A stretch of 64,000 bases of DNA from a bacterium (GTDB taxonomy: Bacteria; CG2-30-53-67). The notes below the pieces were generated by a model. It made no database searches. It saw only the letters and a program-made list of their open reading frames with translations, and was not told the origin of the DNA. Both the position numbers and the translations under genes were made by a program. The stretch's first letter is position 1. Every line of letters begins with the position of its first letter. Below are positions 57,657 to 64,000 of the stretch, one piece after another. The stretch lies in assembly GCA_024277725.1 (NCBI GenBank), contig JAJRUP010000097.1, positions 264 to 64,263 on the forward strand, given 5' to 3'.

Positions 57657-57869
57657 TCACCACTGTCGGCAATACCAGCCAAATTCCTCCACTACATTTG
57701 TCCCTCCTCCGCCTCCGGACGAAGCCGTTTCACCAACGTCGCTCGCGGTGTCTGGCACCGAGCTGGCCTGCGGGATCTCCACGAACTCCGGATCCGCGAT
57801 CAGAGCATTGATCATACCGTCATCGTCTCCGGCCCTGCCGTCGGTATAATCTGCTCTATCAGTACGATC
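57657..57869 (-). pseudogene. Relic 3'-terminal gene fragment homologous to the C-terminal region of the PKD/TSP3 protein gene
   Basis: In frame directly after the dockerin gene's TAA, it encodes ...AGDDDGMINALIADPEFVEIPQASSVPDTASDVGETASSGGGGG..., compared with TGDDDGMTNGLISDPGYVGIPQAASVSDTVNGGGDPGSSGGGGGGG in 59711-62044. The +2 frame after the Gly-run encodes a Cys-hydrophobic-basic tail (CSGGIWLVLPTVVIGIRMNSQK). Confidence 0.5.
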
Positions 57870-59531
57870 TTAAGACGAAATCAATCCCACTGCGTTTCGC
57901 ATGATTGCTAAGACATCTCCCGTATCAATGATACCATCCGGCGCAGGGGCTCCGCCTACCAACGGCGCAACATCTCCATGGACAAACTGCTGTACGGAAG
58001 GCGAATAAGTTCCGATAACAATGCGCAGGGCCAGAAGTGCATCCGCTATGTCCACGGTGCCGTCCAGGTTGATGTCTCCATCAGGAAGATCGCTTCCCCC
58101 TTCGTTTCCCTGCCGATCCACCGAAGAGATGGTGTAGTATCCGGGCTGGGAGGTGTCGGCCAGCCAGTCCAGGTAGGTGGTGGTTCCCACCGGTACCGAG
58201 GCGATCCGGTATCTCCGATCCACCGGCGGGGCGCCGGTCGCCGAATAGTAGATGTTGTAATACCGGATTTTGGAGTTGTTCGGCTCCGACCAGGACAGGC
58301 GGTACGGCCCTCCGGCGGAGATGGTAAAGCTGGAGGGGGTCGGCGCCGGCGGTGGGGTGGTCCAGAATCCCGTTTTTCCCTCTGGAGCATATTGCGAATC
58401 CGTAAGATTGCCGTTCCCATCCAGGGTCACCCGCCGGACCTCGGATAGCCTACGGCTTTCCAGGCGGCTGTACTCTTCCGAGGTGACGGCGTAATACACG
58501 GTCGTATTGTTGGTTTGGGGGGTGTCGTAGGACTCGGTGGCCACAGCATCGGCCGTTAGCTCCGTCCACCCCGTCTCCCCGTCCGGGCTCGCCCAGACAT
58601 GGTATCCCTTGATCTCCTCGGCCCCAGGGGGCGGGTCCGTGGCCTCATCGGGCCAGCCCCGCGTGGTGTAGGAGGGGCGCTCCCACGTGAGGTGCACCAG
58701 GGATCCGTTTTTGGAAACCCTCACGTTTACAGAGGGATGGGGATAGTAGACAACGGCCCAGCAGATATAGGGGAAACGGTCGCCGTTGTTGTTCAACCAG
58801 ACCGCCTGGAACGCCACCTTGGTGCCGTCCGGCGACTGACTGGGCCTCGGATAGCTGTTGTAGTTTCCGGCGTAGCCCGGGTAGTGCATATCCGCGATCT
58901 GGAAGGCATTCTTGTAGGAATCCGTATACTTGTTCGCCATGAGGAAGAGGGTATAGGGATTTACGCCGATCACGTAGTCGGTCCATCCGGTCCAGGAGTG
59001 GTGCTGGCCGTCATACTTGTTATACGCCAGCACATAATTGGGCTCCAAGGCGTTGGTTTTCATGTTGTAGATCCTGGTCCCGGGCTTGGGATTGTCGGTG
59101 TAGGTTCCTACCAGGGCGTACTTGCCCCAGCGGTCGAACACGGGATGGCCGAAGTAAGGGGTGCCGTAGGGATTGGCCGTGGGCCGCTGTGTAGAGAAGA
59201 AGCCCACTCGGGATCCGTCGTAAGACCAGACGTTGGTGCCATGTTCCTTGGAGTAGATCTCCTCCTGGTCCGGTGCATGAACCAGGACCCACACCTCGTG
59301 TCCCGTGGTCAGATCCTGGTAAGCCAGGGTCTCGGGCTGCCAGATATAGTGGTTTGACGGGTCCTCGAGCTGGGTGGTGGGCCACCCGTTTGTCCCGTAG
59401 CAGGTTTTTCTCGCGACTGCTTCCTCGAGGTTCTCGTTTGCCGCAAGGGCCTGGATCGTCGTGAGGAGAAGGATGACTGAAACGAGAGTAAACAGTTTTG
59501 CTGCCTGCGAAGAAATATCGGTGATTTTCAT
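57870..59531 (-). CDS. Secreted beta-propeller (oligogalacturonide-lyase-like) + FN3-like protein with C-terminal dockerin-like module
   Basis: Signal peptide MKITDISSQAAKLFTLVSVILLLTTIQALA (Met 96 of the track ORF). TolB-like PDG repeats (SQSPDGTKVAF, ASPDGETGW). The C-terminus DGDINLDGTVDIADALLALRI ... PDGIIDTGDVLAIMRNAVGL is dockerin-like. Confidence 0.7.
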   Translation of the reverse strand: MKITDISSQAAKLFTLVSVILLLTTIQALAANENLEEAVARKTCYGTNGWPTTQLEDPSNHYIWQPETLAYQDLTTGHEVWVLVHAPDQEEIYSKEHGTNVWSYDGSRVGFFSTQRPTANPYGTPYFGHPVFDRWGKYALVGTYTDNPKPGTRIYNMKTNALEPNYVLAYNKYDGQHHSWTGWTDYVIGVNPYTLFLMANKYTDSYKNAFQIADMHYPGYAGNYNSYPRPSQSPDGTKVAFQAVWLNNNGDRFPYICWAVVYYPHPSVNVRVSKNGSLVHLTWERPSYTTRGWPDEATDPPPGAEEIKGYHVWASPDGETGWTELTADAVATESYDTPQTNNTTVYYAVTSEEYSRLESRRLSEVRRVTLDGNGNLTDSQYAPEGKTGFWTTPPPAPTPSSFTISAGGPYRLSWSEPNNSKIRYYNIYYSATGAPPVDRRYRIASVPVGTTTYLDWLADTSQPGYYTISSVDRQGNEGGSDLPDGDINLDGTVDIADALLALRIVIGTYSPSVQQFVHGDVAPLVGGAPAPDGIIDTGDVLAIMRNAVGLISS

Positions 59532-59710
59532 GGTCTTTCTTCCTGCTTGGCTGCCGTGTCCTAATGGTGACCGGGGCAGCGTGACGTCTGGCTTCCTTCC
59601 CAACAGTCTTTCCTGACCCCGGAGCCCCCGGGGTGCTGAAATCGGCCCATAACAGGTGGAGAGACCGGGTTGTTCCTCTCCGGAGCGAGGCCGCTTGCTT
59701 TTTTCGGGTC

Positions 59711-62044
59711 CTACACCCTCCCCGAAGGTCTTTTCCTCCGGCAGGCCGTGAAGACCGGAGGCAGCAGGACCCACCAGAGATCCAAGGGGTTGCCCGGCCG
59801 GCGTGACAGCGCGCATCCCCCGCCTCCTCCGCCCCCGGAGGAACCCGGGTCTCCGCCGCCGTTCACCGTGTCCGACACCGAGGCGGCCTGGGGAATCCCC
59901 ACGTAGCCGGGGTCCGAGATCAGGCCGTTGGTCATGCCGTCATCGTCCCCGGTCCCGCCGTCGGCGAGGGCAAAAGATATTTGATTGCCGCTCACCTGGG
60001 AGGTGAGTTTCCGAAACCCGTTGTTGTCGTCGTACTTCCAGTACTCGGCATCGTCAGGCAGAACGTCCGGCATCACAATGGTTACCAATACGATTTCGCC
60101 GACCGAAATGCCTGCAATCTGATATTCAACTCCGCCGTAGGGAAAACTCACATTCGGCTGACTTCCGCTTGAAACAACGGTCTCAATAAATTCGGTTTGA
60201 GCCAGTCTCGCCGTCGGATGGTTGATGACCACGGACATCTTCCCCTGCGGAGTCGCCATGGTTGCCGCTTGGTTATCCACCCGATCGAGAGTTCCATCCT
60301 GATCGGAATCTACGCCATCTTCATCAAGATCGGAAACTCCGTCATCGTCTGAGTCCGTATCCAATGCATCGACAACACCGTCCGCATCGGTATCTGCCGG
60401 GGTGTCGGAGGAGCCCCACTCCGCCAAGTCAGAGGCATCATCATGATCGCTATCCGACAAATTCGGGTTGAGTCCGTAGGTCGTCTCATCAATATTCAAA
60501 ATTCCATCCATGTCCTGATCGCCGGTGGGGCCGTCTGCATCATCCATGTCGATATAGTTGAGTGCTCCGTCCTTGTCTGCGTCATTGGTCCCCTCGGCAA
60601 CATCCGGTTTCCCGTCGTTGTCGGAATCGAGATCAAGGGCGTCAATCGTTCCGTCGGCATCGGTATCGATCGGAGCATCCCCGGCCCCCCATTCGACAAA
60701 GTCGGAGATTCCGTCGCCGTCGGAATCGGTGACCCCCGGATTCAGTCCGTAAGCAAATTCTTGCCCATTCGTCAGTCCATCTTCATCCGAATCCATTTCC
60801 GGATCATAAACGGTAATTGTTTTTTCAACGGTCGTTTCTCCCCCATCATTATCGGTCACACGGAGAGAGACTGTGAAACGGCCCGACGTGGCAAAGATAT
60901 GCGAAGGGTTAGCAGTATATGAAGAAGACTGGTCGCCGAAGTCCCAGACATATCGGGTGACCGTCCCGTCACTGTCGCTTGCGTTCGCCGTGAAATTTAT
61001 CGTCAAAGGCATTAATCCGCTCGTTGTATCGGCTGAGATTGAGGCAGTCGGCAACACATTGGGCCGATCCGTCACGACAATCGAGACAGAGGCAATATCC
61101 GTCGCTCCCTGGTCATCGGTGACCGTCAACGTCGCCGTATAGGTGCCGGACGCTGTATAGGTATGTGTCGGAGCTGCACCGGATCCGCTGTCCCCATCGC
61201 CGAAGCTCCAGGCATAGGAATCAATCGTCCCATCCGTATCGATCCCCAGACCGTAGAACCGGACGGAGAGTGGAGCCTCCCCCTGCGTGGGCGTGGCGCT
61301 TGCCGAGGCGGTCGGCGGAGCATTGCCCGGAGACGCCGCCTGCTCCACAACGACCCGGACCGTATCCGTACTGCTCGCCTGCCCGTCGCTCACGGTCAAC
61401 TGGAAAACCAGGGTCTGGCCGGAGAGGGCGGAGGTGAGCGAAAAAAACGGTGTGGCCGTAGTACTCCCCAAGAGATTCACCGTCCCGCCGGAGATCTCTA
61501 CCCACGAATATGTCAGGCTGTCCCCGTCCGGATCGGAACTCCCGCTCCCGTCGAGGTTGATCTGGATACTCCCTCCCGACAGTTGCGATTGTGCAACCGT
61601 CTGGTCCGAACCGGCCGAGGCCGTGGGGGCATGGTTGACCGCTGCCGTTTCCGTGACCGTCACCTCATTGGAATAACCGCTCTCGTTTCCGCTTGTGTCA
61701 TAGGAGGTAACCGCAAGATGGTAGGTAACATCTGCCGTCAGGCCGGAGAGGACGAATTCCGGATTCGCCGGGTCGGAAAGGGATGTCACCGTGACCGAGA
61801 TCGGGGAATCCCCCTCTGTAAGGCCCGTGCCGTTGTAGGGAGCGCCCGCACCGTCCGTATCATAATAGAGCCTGTACCCGGCAAGATCGGTACAGACGCT
61901 TCCATCCGAGTTGGTCGTCGTTTGATCCCAGAAAACCGTTACGGAGGCCTCGGCAAACCCTGCACTGATGAATAATACCATGAAACAAAGGATCAAAGTA
62001 ATCAAATATTGACTTCGGATTGTCCTCATTTGAAAAGCTTTCAT
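59711..62044 (-). CDS. Secreted FN3 / PKD-domain / thrombospondin-type-3 Ca-binding-repeat protein with C-terminal Gly-run/Cys - TM - RRKR tail (putative sorting signal)
   Basis: Signal peptide; PKD motifs (WSFGDGDSGSGAAPTHTYTASGTYTATLTVTDDQGA, WDFGDQSSSYTANPSHIFATSGRFTVSLRVTDNDG). About 12 DxDxDG TSP3-like repeats. C-terminal GGGGGGGCALSRRPGNPLDLWWVLLPPVFTACRRKRPSGRV. Confidence 0.75.
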   Translation of the reverse strand: MKAFQMRTIRSQYLITLILCFMVLFISAGFAEASVTVFWDQTTTNSDGSVCTDLAGYRLYYDTDGAGAPYNGTGLTEGDSPISVTVTSLSDPANPEFVLSGLTADVTYHLAVTSYDTSGNESGYSNEVTVTETAAVNHAPTASAGSDQTVAQSQLSGGSIQINLDGSGSSDPDGDSLTYSWVEISGGTVNLLGSTTATPFFSLTSALSGQTLVFQLTVSDGQASSTDTVRVVVEQAASPGNAPPTASASATPTQGEAPLSVRFYGLGIDTDGTIDSYAWSFGDGDSGSGAAPTHTYTASGTYTATLTVTDDQGATDIASVSIVVTDRPNVLPTASISADTTSGLMPLTINFTANASDSDGTVTRYVWDFGDQSSSYTANPSHIFATSGRFTVSLRVTDNDGGETTVEKTITVYDPEMDSDEDGLTNGQEFAYGLNPGVTDSDGDGISDFVEWGAGDAPIDTDADGTIDALDLDSDNDGKPDVAEGTNDADKDGALNYIDMDDADGPTGDQDMDGILNIDETTYGLNPNLSDSDHDDASDLAEWGSSDTPADTDADGVVDALDTDSDDDGVSDLDEDGVDSDQDGTLDRVDNQAATMATPQGKMSVVINHPTARLAQTEFIETVVSSGSQPNVSFPYGGVEYQIAGISVGEIVLVTIVMPDVLPDDAEYWKYDDNNGFRKLTSQVSGNQISFALADGGTGDDDGMTNGLISDPGYVGIPQAASVSDTVNGGGDPGSSGGGGGGGCALSRRPGNPLDLWWVLLPPVFTACRRKRPSGRV

Positions 62045-62057
62045 AAGTCTACCTCAC

Positions 62058-62093
62058 TACAAAAAAAGGCCGCCAGAAAAAATCCTCTGGCGG
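62058..62093 (-). terminator. Intrinsic-terminator-like hairpin plus U7 immediately upstream of the RBS of the PKD/TSP3 gene (putative riboswitch expression platform)
   Basis: Minus-strand RNA GGCCGCCAGAGGAUUUUUUCUGGCGGCC followed by UUUUUUU, then GUAGUGAGGUAGACUUAUG (RBS and start). Confidence 0.6.
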
Positions 62094-62139
62094 CCCGGCT
62101 GACATAGATGCAGTCATCAGATCACGGGAATCAGGTTAC

Positions 62140-62256
62140 AGGGAAAGTCCAATCATTCAACCGATCCTGTTGCCTGTTTCCCAACGACTGGTTGCTGCCT
62201 CTTTAGTCCCGAAGCTCTGCGCCCCCCGGTTTCCCGAGGTTTGCTCTGAGCAAAGG
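62140..62256 (-). promoter_or_regulatory. Candidate c-di-GMP-I (GEMM) riboswitch aptamer in the 5' leader of the PKD/TSP3 gene
   Basis: Minus-strand RNA: ..CUCAGAGCAAACC-UCGGGAAACCGGGG-GGCGCAGAGCU-UCGGGACUAAAGAGGCAGC... Compare the Vc2 aptamer ..CACAGGGCAAACC-[P1 hairpin with GAAA loop]-GGACGCAAAGCC-UCCGGCCUAAACC.. The GCAAACC box, a GNRA (GAAA) capped P1, a GGCGCAGAGC box and a CUAAAG receptor-like element are all present. Confidence 0.45.
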
Positions 62257-62484
62257 AAAAGTTTTTTATTTCAATATCTTACATGTCCTTTTCTCCACAA
62301 AAAAACCCAGCATACCGAAAAAGGCATCCTGGGTAAAAAACCTCGGGCATTATGCTGCCCACTATTTTACCACTTCGGGAGGTTATGACCGACCTTCTGT
62401 TCAAGGCCTCACAACTCTGCGACCCGGCTCTTCCAAGCCGGGCTGCCTTTATCGGTGGTTCTATACTAAACATTACCCTCACTC

Positions 62485-62512
62485 GTCAAAAATGTCAATG
62501 TCAATTTTTGAC
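62485..62512. promoter_or_regulatory. Perfect 9-bp inverted repeat GTCAAAAAT-N10-ATTTTTGAC (operator-like)
   Basis: Seen directly in the sequence. The spacer gtcaatgtca itself repeats GTCAA. Confidence 0.4.
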
Positions 62513-63066
62513 ACCTTGAGTCGAATCCAAATGCAAGGAGAATGCCAAACTATCGCTTAAACCCTTTTGTTTTCAAAACCCCTTTATTTCCCATATGTTG
62601 TATGGCTTACAATATGTCCATACAAAATCTGGAGAGAAATGCCAACAATTTATGCATGTTTTCTTGTACAATTTGCAGGAAAGACCGTATCGGATTAGAT
62701 ACGTTTGCAATCTTTGAGAAGAGTGCCGCAATAGGGATGAATCAGCATAACTCATAAATTGTATACAGAAGAAAAATAGTGTCTTTCCGTTGGACTCTAC
62801 CTGCTAAACTATGCCATAATGGCCCTACATTCCTTATGATCATAATGGTTTCAGCAATATTTCCCGGTTTTCTCACATTTATTTTCATCCCTGGGAGATC
62901 GATCCGGATCAGCCCCGGCAGGCGGTCAACGCGGTGACCCGGTTCCGGCACTACCACAACCTGGACCGGATGGAAGAAAAGATCGAAAGATTGTTAAACG
63001 AATTTTCCTTCACGACTATTTCCGAGTTGTTGCATCCCCTGTTTCCCGGTGTTTGCAACAGCTTGA

Positions 63067-64000
63067 ATGAAACCGAGTCCCGAAATGATTCTTGATGCAC
63101 TCTTAACGTTGAGTTTGATAATCACCGGCATTGTCTGTATCCTCCTGTTATCACAACGGAATAAAGGATTGCCGCTTCGAACCTTAGGACAAACAGCAGG
63201 CTTACATGCCGCATGGATTTTCGGTTTGCTCATTTTTGCACGCCGATCGCTGCCATTTCTGCATTTGCTGCCACTCCGGATCGTCCTCTCCATCTTATCG
63301 ATGACCTTCTATACTTCTGTGTTGTCTTCTTTCCATATCGTCCGGTTTCGCGAGCCTTTGCTGCCGGAATTTCAAAAAGTTTCAACCTTTTTTGCAGCCC
63401 TTATGGCGTCCATTTTCGGACTGCTGTCCCTCCATCCAAGTCTACTCAGCACCCTCGACTTTACGATCGATCAACACATGGAACTTCGTTTCGGGCCCGC
63501 CGGCTATTATTTCAGTTGCGCCATGATTCTTTGCCAGTTGATCGTTCTGTTTCAGATGGAACAGGTTTACCGATCTTCTTCGACGGCACAGCGGATTCGA
63601 CTCAAATTCATGATTCTTGGAATCAGCTGCCAAAGCCTTTATCTCCTTTTCTTGGGGGGGCAGATCCTCTTAATGCATTCGCTGGTCATCGACTATCTGC
63701 ATTCAGCCGCCGTTGTAACGACACTCTGCTGGTCCATGATTCTCTGGGCCATCCTGCGTCATCGATTGTTTCTCACGGATCTTTATATTTCTCAACAGAT
63801 CACCTTTTCCTCCGTTGCCCTTTTCGGCATTGGGACTTATCTTCTGATTGCAGGCACCATCGGCTTTTTCATCCGAAAACAACCCAGCGAATGGCATCTG
63901 CTCTTCATCATCATCTACGTGGCCCTGACCATCATCCTCTTCGCCATGCTTCTCTATTCCCCGGTCCTGCAGCGGCGGATCAAACATTTTATCCATACCC
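63067..64000 (+). CDS. Polytopic membrane protein, 3' end beyond window (possibly the membrane sensing domain of a histidine kinase such as PrsK); not in the supplied ORF track because no stop is reached
   Basis: Open frame from ATG 63067 (or 63085) to the window end, about 310 codons with 8 or more hydrophobic helices (ILDALLTLSLIITGIVCILLL, IFGLLIFARR..., ILGISCQSLYLLFLGG...). Confidence 0.45.
   Translation, partial: MKPSPEMILDALLTLSLIITGIVCILLLSQRNKGLPLRTLGQTAGLHAAWIFGLLIFARRSLPFLHLLPLRIVLSILSMTFYTSVLSSFHIVRFREPLLPEFQKVSTFFAALMASIFGLLSLHPSLLSTLDFTIDQHMELRFGPAGYYFSCAMILCQLIVLFQMEQVYRSSSTAQRIRLKFMILGISCQSLYLLFLGGQILLMHSLVIDYLHSAAVVTTLCWSMILWAILRHRLFLTDLYISQQITFSSVALFGIGTYLLIAGTIGFFIRKQPSEWHLLFIIIYVALTIILFAMLLYSPVLQRRIKHFIHT

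Noticed and set aside
59532-59816. 95-codon N-terminal extension of the dockerin-protein ORF in the track (MRAVTPAG...)
   Set aside because: The extension covers the intergenic region and the end of the upstream gene. The signal peptide begins at Met 96 (MKITDISS...). My reading of the T-run at about 59697-59704 also appeared 1 nt shorter than the track's translation implies, so I treat the track coordinates as authoritative here.
60300-60800. Highly repetitive DNA in the PKD/TSP3 gene (and similar repeats in the 19560-19990 region); considered as a possible tandem-repeat or CRISPR-like array
   Set aside because: The repeats are coding: thrombospondin-type-3 DxDxDG Ca-binding repeats and MopE Cys repeats, in frame within long ORFs. 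There are no regular repeat/spacer units, so this is not a CRISPR array.

Overview
The window looks like a high-GC (about 57-60%) chromosomal region, probably from a Geobacter-like deltaproteobacterium, organised around a PEP-CTERM/exosortase exopolysaccharide (EPS) system. From the left edge it contains: the 3' part of a PrsT-like TPR lipoprotein gene; one PEP-CTERM substrate gene with a sigma-54-type promoter; a minus-strand type IV pilus / type II secretion-like operon (pilin, GspE/PilB ATPase, GspF/PilC, PilM-PilN fusion, PilO-like, PilP-like, secretin, TPR protein); an NAD-dependent sugar epimerase; exosortase XrtA with its partner EpsI; a giant multidomain secreted protein (beta-helix, SGNH esterase, MopE-type Cys repeats, dockerin-like C-terminus); and a roughly 36-kb plus-strand polysaccharide biosynthesis cluster. 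That cluster encodes GT2, GT4 and GT-C glycosyltransferases, an acetyltransferase, methyltransferases, a radical SAM/SPASM protein, gmd plus a perosamine-synthase-like aminotransferase, wecB, a Wzy-like polymerase, a sulfatase-like enzyme, a Wzx flippase, a Zn-ribbon-methyltransferase-kinase fusion, three AsnB-family amidotransferases, a heparinase II/III-like protein and a DUF218 protein. At the right end is a minus-strand trio of secreted proteins: a beta-propeller lyase-like protein, a second dockerin-tailed beta-propeller protein, and a PKD/TSP3-repeat protein with an unusual Gly-run/Cys-TM-RRKR tail. A candidate c-di-GMP-I (GEMM) riboswitch with a terminator-type expression platform sits in the 5' leader of the PKD/TSP3 gene. 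No rRNA, tRNA or CRISPR was found. The locus shows several signs of decay: three in-frame TAA stops (PrsT-like gene, Wzx, beta-propeller gene), a G6-tract frameshift in a GT2 gene, an ISL3 insertion with 8-bp target duplications that truncates a methyltransferase gene, a truncated FAD-oxidoreductase fragment, and a relic gene-end fragment. A low-GC (38-47%) island covers about 35.3-49 kb. Several sigma-54 promoter-like elements precede exosortase-system genes. All homology calls come from reading motifs in the translated ORFs, not from database searches.
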